From a virus: a stretch of DNA of 60,525 nucleotides. Below the pieces are notes generated by a model that saw nothing but the letters and a program-made list of their open reading frames with translations, did no database searches and was not told where the DNA came from. Shown piece after piece: positions 50,332 through 58,387 of the stretch. Both the position numbers and the translations under genes were made by a program. The first letter of the stretch is position 1, and each line of letters starts with the position of its first letter. Location: positions 1 to 60,525 of IMG/VR virus record IMGVR_UViG_3300044764_000010. One strand, 5' to 3'.

Positions 50332-52941
50332 ATGCCCTCGAGAGACAAAGGCTCGTTCTGGACCCGGAACCGCTCGAGCAAGAAGACCGGCGGATCCGGG
50401 CCGGCCCGTGTTGCGTCCGGCCGGTACATCGACCTGAACGACCGCAACGTGGTCAACACCCTGTCCGCTACCAAGATGGCGTGGCAGCAACTCGCATGGA
50501 ACTACCGCGACTTGATCGGCGAACTCGGCGCCGCGCTGCGCCTCAAGGCCAACATCATCTCCAAGGTCCAGTTCATCGCTGCCGCGGTAGTCGACGGCGA
50601 GGACGAACCGCGCCGGCTCACCGGGGATCCCGAGAAGGACGTGATCAAGGGCGAGGACGAGGCGCCCGATGAGCCGATCCTCGCCCAACACGTCATCGAT
50701 GCCGCCATCGACTGCCTTAGCAGGCTGCCCTTTCAAAACGGCTACAGCTTCCAGGGGATGATCAGTCAGTCTTTCGATGTCCCCGGTGAGTGCTGGTTGC
50801 ACGGCTACTCGGACGACGATGGTGATGAGGCGTGGGAGGTTCTCTCCACGAGCGAGGTCATCGCCGGCACCGGCGGCCTGTCGATCATGGAGGTGCCCGG
50901 CAAGGCCGCGCGCCCCATCGACATCAAGACCGAGTCGCTCATCCGCCTCCACGTGCCGCATCCGCAGTGGAAACAACTCGCCGACTCCCCGATGCGCATG
51001 TTGCTCGACCAGTGCGAAGACGTGGTGCTCGTGGGCCGCGAGATCCGCGCGGCGGCCCGCTCGCGCATTGCGGCCAACGGGTTCCTCCTCGTGCCCAACG
51101 AGCTCTCCATGAGCAAGCGCGACGACCCCGAGATCACGCCGGAAAACGACACGTTCCAGGCCGATCTCACCGCGGCCATTACCGCGCCCATTGCCAACGA
51201 GGGTGACGCCGGCGCCGTGGTGCCCATCGTCATCCGCGGCGAGACTGAGGACCTCGAGCAATTCCGGCACGTCACGATCGACCGTGAGGCGTCCCCCGAG
51301 CTCCTCGCCAAGCAGGCAGCCGGCCTCGGTCGCATCGCCTCGGGGATCAACCTGCCGTCCGAGATGATGGACACGGGCAGCGGCGGCCTCGGCTCGGTCA
51401 ACCACTGGACCGGGTGGCTCGTGGACGCGACGACGTTCAAGAACTACATCGAGCCGGACTGCCGGCTGATCGCCGACTCGATCACCATGAGCTACTTCCG
51501 GCGGACGCTGCGCCTGCCGATCACCGAGGGCGGCTACGGCCTGACCAAGGACGAGGCCCTCTCGGTCACCATCTGGTACGACGGCGGCAACGTCACCGAG
51601 AACGCCAACCGGTCCAAGGACGCCGACGACGCCATGACCCAAGGGGCGATCTCGTTCGAGGCGTACCGCGCGGCCAAGGGGTTCGGCGAGGAGGACGCGC
51701 CGAGCGAGGAGGACTTGCAGCAAATCCAGATGGTCAAGTCTGCGCCGTCACCGGACATCGCCGGCCAACTCGCCGCAATCCTCCTCGGGGTGCGCGAGCC
51801 CAAGCCGGCCCCGGTCCAGCCCCCGCAGGTCATCCAGGGGCAGGCCGTGCGCGAGCCGGCGCAGATCGGTCCAGGGGCCAAGCAGGGGCAGGTACCCGAC
51901 GCACCCGTACCGACCACGCAGCCGGCGCCGGTCCGGGCGTCCGCGGCCAAGGAGCCCACCATCATCACGGGCGAGGTGCTCGCCGAGATCGACAAGGAGC
52001 TACGGGAGCGCCTGCGCCAAGCCGGTGATGATGCGCTCCTGCGTGCCATCGAGAAGGCCGGCAACCGGATCAAGGCCAAGGCGCAGAGCAACACCGAGGT
52101 AGCCGCGCTGGTCAACGGCCTCCCTGCCACCGAGGCCGGCGCTGCAGTCGGGCCCGAGCGGGTCGCCGAGCTCGGCCTCACCGAGGACCTCCTCCTTGCC
52201 GCGGCGTTCGCTGCCCTGTCCGCGAGCTTCGCCGTCTGGACCGCGGCCGCCATCAAGACGGCCATCAAGACCGTGGCCGGCATGGTGCCGGTCCCGCTCA
52301 CCAAGAGCTCGGCGATGGCGCAGGCGATGAACGCTCGGATCCCCTCGGCCTGGAAACGGTTCGAGGGGTCGCTCCGCAAGCGCGCGCTCGACAAGATGTA
52401 CGGCCGCGCCGGGGACGAGATGCGGGGCGAGGTGCCCGACACCATCGTGCTGCCGGGGGACATCCGCGAGGCGCTCGCGGAGATCGGTGGCGGGGGCAGC
52501 GGCCTTGCGCTCGGCGGGGACATCCTCCGCACCATCGATGACGTGGCCGAACCGATCGGGTTCACGTGGCGCTACGGCATCACCCCGCGGGCCCGCGCGT
52601 TCGAGCCGCACCTCAAGCTCGCCGGCAAGCGGTTCAACGGGTTCGAGGACGAGGCCCTCACGCCGCCGGCCGGCTACGAATGGGTGGGCGCGCGGATGGA
52701 ACCGGGCGATCACAACGGCTGCATGTGTGACTACGTGATGGCCTGGATGCTTGACGAGGCCGATGAGGTGGCGCGCGGTGACGTGCTGCAGGAGTCGGGC
52801 GCGATGTCCGCCGAGCGGATGCTCGCCGACCTGGACGATGCCGCTGGTCGCTCGGGAACGACCGCTCAACGCACGCGGGACCAGCGGGACCGCATCGTGG
52901 CCGTGCAAGAGAACTGGATCAACCGGAAGGCGCTCAAGTGA
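50332..52941 (+). CDS. portal protein fused to a MuF/SPP1-gp7-like head morphogenesis domain
   Basis: 869 aa, gaggga RBS. Portal-sized N-terminal region. The C-terminus GDHNGCMCDY resembles the MuF H-x-N-C-x-C motif. Confidence 0.75.
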   Translation: MPSRDKGSFWTRNRSSKKTGGSGPARVASGRYIDLNDRNVVNTLSATKMAWQQLAWNYRDLIGELGAALRLKANIISKVQFIAAAVVDGEDEPRRLTGDPEKDVIKGEDEAPDEPILAQHVIDAAIDCLSRLPFQNGYSFQGMISQSFDVPGECWLHGYSDDDGDEAWEVLSTSEVIAGTGGLSIMEVPGKAARPIDIKTESLIRLHVPHPQWKQLADSPMRMLLDQCEDVVLVGREIRAAARSRIAANGFLLVPNELSMSKRDDPEITPENDTFQADLTAAITAPIANEGDAGAVVPIVIRGETEDLEQFRHVTIDREASPELLAKQAAGLGRIASGINLPSEMMDTGSGGLGSVNHWTGWLVDATTFKNYIEPDCRLIADSITMSYFRRTLRLPITEGGYGLTKDEALSVTIWYDGGNVTENANRSKDADDAMTQGAISFEAYRAAKGFGEEDAPSEEDLQQIQMVKSAPSPDIAGQLAAILLGVREPKPAPVQPPQVIQGQAVREPAQIGPGAKQGQVPDAPVPTTQPAPVRASAAKEPTIITGEVLAEIDKELRERLRQAGDDALLRAIEKAGNRIKAKAQSNTEVAALVNGLPATEAGAAVGPERVAELGLTEDLLLAAAFAALSASFAVWTAAAIKTAIKTVAGMVPVPLTKSSAMAQAMNARIPSAWKRFEGSLRKRALDKMYGRAGDEMRGEVPDTIVLPGDIREALAEIGGGGSGLALGGDILRTIDDVAEPIGFTWRYGITPRARAFEPHLKLAGKRFNGFEDEALTPPAGYEWVGARMEPGDHNGCMCDYVMAWMLDEADEVARGDVLQESGAMSAERMLADLDDAAGRSGTTAQRTRDQRDRIVAVQENWINRKALK

Positions 52942-53177
52942 ACGAGGCAGAACTCCGCGAGCGGTTCGCGTACCACCCGCCTACGGGCGACGGGGTGGCC
53001 GCGGCCCACGAGGCGATCCGTGACCGCGGGCTCGAGTTCGCCCTCTGGCTCAACGCGCTCTTGATCAACACCGAGGAGGCGCGCGAGGCCCTCCACAACG
53101 TGGACCTCGCCGTCCGGGCTGCCAACGCCTGCGTCGCCCGAGTCCAGCAAGTCAACGTGGAGGTACTCGATGGCTGA
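52938..53177 (+). CDS. small helical protein resembling the Acb2/Tad1-hairpin family (possible cyclic-oligonucleotide sponge)
   Basis: 79 aa. Has an N-terminal RFAYHPP and a C-terminal AVRAANACVAR. The family assignment is from memory of its motifs only. Confidence 0.4.
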   Translation: MNEAELRERFAYHPPTGDGVAAAHEAIRDRGLEFALWLNALLINTEEAREALHNVDLAVRAANACVARVQQVNVEVLDG

Positions 53178-53493
53178 CACGGACTACTTGCTGGACCTCG
53201 CGAACGAGGAGTGCGGGGCCATCGACCTCGGGGGTGGCCATTGGGCGCGGCTGTTCCAGAGCAACGAGATCGACACCGCGGGGTTCTTCCACGTGCACCC
53301 TGCCGCCGGCGGCAACCATGTCCCCGAGGGCGAACCGTGCGCCGGCTCGGTGACGTTCGACCTGCCGGGCGCGGACCCCAAGCGGGCCCGGTGGCAGCTC
53401 CTCTCGCTCGAGCCGCTTCACGTCGAACCATCGATCTTGTGCAGTTGTGGACGGCACGGTTTCGTGCGTAACGGAAAGTGGGAGGACGCCTGA
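53170..53493 (+). CDS. hypothetical protein (107 aa; C-terminus PSILCSCGRHGFVRNGKW, DUF6527-like)
   Basis: Track ORF. Confidence 0.6.
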   Translation: MADTDYLLDLANEECGAIDLGGGHWARLFQSNEIDTAGFFHVHPAAGGNHVPEGEPCAGSVTFDLPGADPKRARWQLLSLEPLHVEPSILCSCGRHGFVRNGKWEDA

Positions 53494-55814
53494 TGGCCGA
53501 CGACGACGCACAGACCGGCGGCATGATCGCCCTCATCCCCGACACCCCCGGCGCGTTCACCGTGCCCGGTGGCGACCCTGCGGGGGTCATCCATTGCACC
53601 CTCGTGTTCCTCGGCGACGACGTGACCACGCTGGACGAGGGCACCCTCGAGAAGCTCAAGGCGCGCGTCATGCAGCTCGCCGCGGACAATGGCCCGGTCG
53701 AGGGCAAGATCATGGGTCCGGCCATCTGGAACCGCGGCAGTGACAAGTTCAAGCCGTCCACCAACACGACGCTCACCGCGGACTACCCGCTAGTAGGGAT
53801 CCACGAATACGCCGAGGACATCGGCCGGTCCGTGCTCGGCGACGGCCGCTTCCCCGAGCAACACCGCCCGTGGAACCCGCACATCTGCGCCGGCTACTCG
53901 CTGCCCGAGGACGTGCTCCCCAAGGCGTCGGGCACGGTCCGGTTCAGCAAGGTCCGGCTCGCGCTCGCGGGCAAGGATTACGACTTCCCGCTGTCCGGGT
54001 GGCGCGGTGACGAGGTCGGCATGGAGCCACGTCGATACGCAGGGAAAGGAACGATGACGATGACTGACACCATCACCAAGCCGGCCGAGCCCGAGGTCAC
54101 TGTGGACGGCGCCGAGCTCAAGCTCTTTTTCCCCTGCCTCGCAGTCGAGGGCATCGAGACGGCCGATGGCCGATTCATCGAGCCCGGCTCGCTCACCACG
54201 CGGGCCCTCCCGATCTCCGTGCTCGCACAGACCGTCAACCCCGGCAGTGAGGGCGGCCACGCCAAGGCCGAGGTCATGGGCAAGCTGGACGAGGCGTGGA
54301 AAATCCCCGGTCCCGAGTTCATCAGCAAGGTCACCGGCGAACCGCTGCCCGAGGGCACGTTCGTGTGGCAGGGCCGCGGTACCGGCGACCCCGAGTCGGT
54401 GGGCGGCAAGCTCGCGGCCAAGGGCTACCTCACCGGGAACTCCATCGACCTGTCCGAGGTCGACTTCTCCGATGACATCCTGTTCAACGAGGACGGCAGC
54501 GAGACGCACCGGACCTCGGTGAACAAGGGCGTCATCGCGGCGACGACCCTGTGCGCCATCCCCGCGTTCCCGGACGCCTACGTGGAGATCAACGGCGAGG
54601 CGCCGATCATGATGTCCGATGAGGGCGAGGTCGTGCCCGAGGCCGAGCGCACCATCGAGAACTTGATCAAGTACCTCGAGGGCAAGGGCATCGAGGCCGT
54701 CACCGCCTCGGCGTTCCGCGCTACCGAGCTCGGGGATGACTGCCTCCCGTGTGAGGCGCTCGAGACCGAGGAGCTCGCCGGCAAGCCGTTCACCAAGGGC
54801 GTGGCGACGGGGCTGCCGATCACCGACGCCAAGAGCTTGGCCAAGGCGATCAGTGGCGCGTCCTCGCTCAAGGGCCCGGCTGCCGCGGCCGCGCGTAAGA
54901 AGATCATCGCCGCGGCCAAGAAGCTCAAGATGGAAGGGAAGATCCCCGCTGCCTGGAAGGGTGACGGTTCGGTAAAGACCGTTACCGCCTCGGGGACTGC
55001 CGACCTACCACCGATCCAGTGGTTCCAGGATCCCGAGCTCACCGGCCCGACGGCGCTGCAGATCGACTACGACACGGGCGAGATCTTCGGGCACATCGCC
55101 ACCTGGAAGTCCTGCCACCTCGGCATCACCCGGAAGTGCACGCCGCCCCCGCGTTCGCCCTCGAACTACTCGCAGTTCCTCGTGGGCGCCAAGCGTGTCC
55201 GTGATGGCGACCAGATCGCCACCGTGGCGGTTGGCCACCTCACCATGAACACGGGCCACGCCGATCTCTCGATGTCCGCCACCGACACCACGCGGCACTA
55301 CGACCACACGGGTTTCGCGGCCGCGGACCTTGCGGCCGGCGATGACGCGTACGGCATCTGGGTGCACGGACTCATCCGGCCGGACATCACGCAAGAGCAG
55401 ATGGACGAACTCGCGGCCTCCCCGCCGTCCGGTGACTGGCGCCCCGTCAACGGTGGCCTCGAGATGGTGGCCATTCTCGCGGTCAACGTGCCCGGGTACG
55501 TCGTGCCGCGGGCCCGTGTCGCCTCGGTCGGTGGCGCCGAGCCCGAGATTGTGGCGCTCGTGGCTGCCGGCGCGCTCAAGCCCGAATCCGCGTTCGTCAA
55601 CGGCATCGATGTGGACCGGCTCGCCGACGCGCTCACGGACAAGGTGGCAGCCCGGCTCGGCGATCTCCTCGGGAAGTGGTCGCGCTCGCCGGCCAACGAA
55701 CCGGACGAGGTCGCGATCCAGGCTGCAGCGCTGCGTATCGAGCTCGGCAGGATGGACGCGCTCGAGGAGCTGCAGGTGATGCCCCCTTTCCCGGGGACGC
55801 CCTCGAGGCGCTAA
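53493..55814 (+). CDS. capsid maturation (prohead) protease with N-terminal 2H-phosphoesterase/LigT-like domain
   Basis: TGATG overlap. aa 9-169 contain HCTLVFLG and PHICAGY. The central and C-terminal parts contain EGIETADGRF...GGHAKAEVMG...GNSIDL and GHIATWKSCHLG...SGDWRPV, typical of actinophage proteases. Confidence 0.75.
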   Translation: MADDDAQTGGMIALIPDTPGAFTVPGGDPAGVIHCTLVFLGDDVTTLDEGTLEKLKARVMQLAADNGPVEGKIMGPAIWNRGSDKFKPSTNTTLTADYPLVGIHEYAEDIGRSVLGDGRFPEQHRPWNPHICAGYSLPEDVLPKASGTVRFSKVRLALAGKDYDFPLSGWRGDEVGMEPRRYAGKGTMTMTDTITKPAEPEVTVDGAELKLFFPCLAVEGIETADGRFIEPGSLTTRALPISVLAQTVNPGSEGGHAKAEVMGKLDEAWKIPGPEFISKVTGEPLPEGTFVWQGRGTGDPESVGGKLAAKGYLTGNSIDLSEVDFSDDILFNEDGSETHRTSVNKGVIAATTLCAIPAFPDAYVEINGEAPIMMSDEGEVVPEAERTIENLIKYLEGKGIEAVTASAFRATELGDDCLPCEALETEELAGKPFTKGVATGLPITDAKSLAKAISGASSLKGPAAAAARKKIIAAAKKLKMEGKIPAAWKGDGSVKTVTASGTADLPPIQWFQDPELTGPTALQIDYDTGEIFGHIATWKSCHLGITRKCTPPPRSPSNYSQFLVGAKRVRDGDQIATVAVGHLTMNTGHADLSMSATDTTRHYDHTGFAAADLAAGDDAYGIWVHGLIRPDITQEQMDELAASPPSGDWRPVNGGLEMVAILAVNVPGYVVPRARVASVGGAEPEIVALVAAGALKPESAFVNGIDVDRLADALTDKVAARLGDLLGKWSRSPANEPDEVAIQAAALRIELGRMDALEELQVMPPFPGTPSRR

Positions 55815-56152
55815 CCGAGGAGCTCGCGGGCGCGGTTGACGAGATCGTCGCAGGGTTCATCGCAGACGCCCGCGCGGACGGCGGGTGGCCTGACCTGCCG
55901 TGGGGCAATTTCAACTGGGTAAGCAAGGCCGGCGGCCTGCCCAAGTTCATCAAGCGCATCAAGAAACACCTCGAGGCGAAAGGGATGGACGAGAGCCACG
56001 CCATCGCCACCGCGGTCAACGTGGTCAAGAAGATGTGCGCGTCCGGCGACACCAACTTCCCCGGCAAGCAGAACGTTTCGGCCGGCTCGAGGGCCGAGGC
56101 GTGCGCGGCGGCCGCGGACTGGAAGGCCAAGAAAGCCAAGGCCGGTAAGTGA
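55784..56152 (+). CDS. start-less ORF in the -1 frame of the protease: candidate frameshift extension (GGLPKFIKRIKKHL... domain)
   Basis: No ATG/GTG/TTG between the junk-coding ATG at 55676 and the conserved part. A CCCTTTC heptamer in X_XXY_YYZ register lies at 55784-55790, 8 codons before the protease stop. Confidence 0.45.
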   Translation, partial: PFPGDALEALTEELAGAVDEIVAGFIADARADGGWPDLPWGNFNWVSKAGGLPKFIKRIKKHLEAKGMDESHAIATAVNVVKKMCASGDTNFPGKQNVSAGSRAEACAAAADWKAKKAKAGK

Positions 56153-56556
56153 CCGTGCACCTGCGCTACCCCGGGCGGTGGCAACTGTCCGTCCTCCTCG
56201 CGGTGGCGCAGGTGGCCATAGGCGTGCTTCACCTATGGCCACACCTCGTGTACCCGGCAAACCCCGCTACGACCAAGGTGGTGGCTGCCCTCTCGTCCCT
56301 CGGGCCGGTCTGGGTGGCGTGGTTTGGGGTCACGGGTATTGCCCTGATTGTGTCGCTGGTCGCCAATAGGTTGATCCACGTGGCGCACATGCTCGCCGGC
56401 TCAAGCTGGATCGCCTACGCGTTCGCCCTCGAGGTCGGCGCCTGGTCGAGTCATGGCACGCACTTCCTGCCGGCAGTGACGGCGATCGTGGCCGCGGTCC
56501 ACATCATTTCCGCGGTGAGCTATTCCAATGACGCACGAGAAAGGGGCGACGGATGA
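56149..56556 (+). CDS. integral membrane protein (4 TM)
   Basis: GTGA overlap. Confidence 0.7.
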   Translation: MTVHLRYPGRWQLSVLLAVAQVAIGVLHLWPHLVYPANPATTKVVAALSSLGPVWVAWFGVTGIALIVSLVANRLIHVAHMLAGSSWIAYAFALEVGAWSSHGTHFLPAVTAIVAAVHIISAVSYSNDARERGDG

Positions 56557-56885
56557 CGCCGATAGTCGCCCTCGGTGGCATAGGCGGGCTCGCGCTCGGC
56601 ATCGCCTCGTTCGTGATCGGTGTCATCGCGTTACGGGCCAAGCGCAAGGACCGGCAGGTGGTAGAGCTGCGTGAAGCGCAGGACACGAGCGTGGCGTTGT
56701 TCCGATGGAAGTACCGTGTAACCACACTCGCCGCGCAACGCGGGTGGGACACAGACCCGGATTGGCCTCCCCTGCCCCTGGAAGCTACCGCCGAGTACCT
56801 GCGCGGACGGATCAAGGCGTCCGACAACCAGGAGATCAAAGAGCTCCTTGACCTCGTAACCAAGCTCACCAAGGGCGACAAATGA
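56553..56885 (+). CDS. membrane-anchored protein (110 aa)
   Basis: ATGA overlap. N-terminal TM helix. Confidence 0.65.
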   Translation: MTPIVALGGIGGLALGIASFVIGVIALRAKRKDRQVVELREAQDTSVALFRWKYRVTTLAAQRGWDTDPDWPPLPLEATAEYLRGRIKASDNQEIKELLDLVTKLTKGDK

Positions 56886-57670
56886 CCATCCGCATAGAGG
56901 ACTCCCCGCCGGCCAAGCCGAGGCGCCGCACGCCGAGCACGCCGATCCTCCTTGGCATCGTCATCATCGCCCTCATCGCCGCGTCCACGATGTTCGTGGT
57001 TGTCGTCGTCACGGGCCAGAATTCTGAGAACCAGCGAGCCAACGTCGTCACCGACACCGCGCCGGCTGTGCTCACCCTCGATGTCCTGTGCAAGCGCACT
57101 GACCAACTCGGCACGGACCTCAAGACCGTGGGTGCGTGCGGCGAGAAGGTCGACAAGGCCAAGACTGCAGTCGAAGGGCAGCCGCTCCCCGCGGTGGCGG
57201 CAGGGCTGCAGCGGGACGACGTGGTGGCCATCGTCCAGGCGCAGATCTCGGGCAAGGTCGTCACGTCCGACCAGGTCATGCGGATGATCGTGGACGTGTA
57301 CAACGCCAACCGGCCGGCCAACGGTCCGGCGGGTCCGGGCCCGACTTCGGAGCAGGTGCTCAACGCCGCGCGTGAGGTGTGTGCGAATGATCGATGCGTG
57401 GGCCCTAGGGGAGCGGACGCGCCACCGGCGACGGCCGCGGAGATCCTTGCGCAGGTCACGAACTTTTGCGGGGTGGCGAGCGAGCCATGCCGCGGGCCCA
57501 AGGGCGAGAAGGGCGATAAAGGGGACGAGGGCGACCAGGGTGAACCTGGAATCCAGGGCGCGCCCGGACCGACCTGCGAGCCCGGCTACCACGTCACGGA
57601 CGCGATGAGCGGCGATCTACCCCCACAACAGATCCGCGTGTGCGTGGCGGACACCCCGCCCGGTGGCTAG
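56882..57670 (+). CDS. membrane-anchored protein with short collagen-like G-X-Y run
   Basis: ATGA overlap. TM helix at aa 21-45. GPKGEKGDKGDEGDQGEPGIQGAPGP at aa 205-230. Confidence 0.7.
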   Translation: MTIRIEDSPPAKPRRRTPSTPILLGIVIIALIAASTMFVVVVVTGQNSENQRANVVTDTAPAVLTLDVLCKRTDQLGTDLKTVGACGEKVDKAKTAVEGQPLPAVAAGLQRDDVVAIVQAQISGKVVTSDQVMRMIVDVYNANRPANGPAGPGPTSEQVLNAAREVCANDRCVGPRGADAPPATAAEILAQVTNFCGVASEPCRGPKGEKGDKGDEGDQGEPGIQGAPGPTCEPGYHVTDAMSGDLPPQQIRVCVADTPPGG

Positions 57671-57677
57671 GTGGGGA

Positions 57678-57706
57678 TTGTGTCCCCCCACAAAGGGGGG
57701 TAAGAT
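57678..57706 (+). promoter_or_regulatory. canonical dyad-spacer promoter (TTGTGT-C6-ACAAA-G6-TAAGAT), leaderless geometry
   Basis: -10 ends at 57706. The second ATG, at 57713, is +7. Confidence 0.75.
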
Positions 57707-57712
57707 ATGGGT

Positions 57713-57958
57713 ATGAACCTCACCGGCACCCCGCTCAAGTCACTCAAGCTCGCCATCGTTCGCGAACTGGAAGACCGGCTACTCCTCGGCCTGACCGCCG
57801 AGCGCCTTGTGAAGCGCACCCCGGGCGATGAGCACGAGGTGACCGAGGCCCTGCAGGAGCTCGAGGCCGAGGGCAAGGTCCGCTCGGACATCCACCGATT
57901 CGAAGGCGAGCGGTTCTACGTCACCCGCGGGCCGGCCCCGAAGACCACGCGTCGCTGA
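57713..57958 (+). CDS. small winged-helix DNA-binding protein (81 aa)
   Basis: LKLAIVRELEDRLLLGLTAERLVKRTPGDEHEVTEALQELEAEGKVRS looks wHTH-like. Monocistronic, between a promoter and a terminator. Confidence 0.6.
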   Translation: MNLTGTPLKSLKLAIVRELEDRLLLGLTAERLVKRTPGDEHEVTEALQELEAEGKVRSDIHRFEGERFYVTRGPAPKTTRR

Positions 57959-57968
57959 TCGCAGACAG

Positions 57969-58006
57969 CAGAAACCCCCCGTCTCCCTGAAGGCGGGGGG
58001 TTTCTG
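57969..58006. terminator. bidirectional terminator between convergent genes
   Basis: cagaaaccccccg / cggggggtttctg, 13-bp stem. Confidence 0.8.
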
Positions 58007-58028
58007 GGTTCACCGACAGGACGAGACC

Positions 58029-58373
58029 TTACTCGGTCTCGGGTGATTCGTCTCCCGACTCGCCGGCTTCCTTGGCCGCCTTGGACCGGGTCGCACGCTT
58101 GGGCTTGACGGCCGGCTCCTCGGTGCCCTCCTCCTTGAGCTTTTCCTCGAGCTCCGCGACCGGCGAGCTCGAGGTCTCGTGCGCGCCGGGGACACCCGAG
58201 AGGATGTGCAACGCGATCTCGAGCCGCTGCAGGGCCGCGGTGACCGCCGGCTCGCTTGGGTCCAGGAGGTCAAGCACGTTGCGCTCGAAATCGGTGAGCT
58301 GTTCCTTGAACGCGGCGAGCGGCGTGTTGGGCTCGGTCTTGGTGGTTGAGAAGCGGTCACCTGGTCGACTCAT
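58029..58373 (-). CDS. hypothetical helical protein with acidic/basic tail (114 aa)
   Basis: Track ORF with gggagga RBS. The only gene of this minus-strand island. Confidence 0.65.
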   Translation of the reverse strand: MSRPGDRFSTTKTEPNTPLAAFKEQLTDFERNVLDLLDPSEPAVTAALQRLEIALHILSGVPGAHETSSSPVAELEEKLKEEGTEEPAVKPKRATRSKAAKEAGESGDESPETE

Positions 58374-58387
58374 CGCGGGATCCTCCC

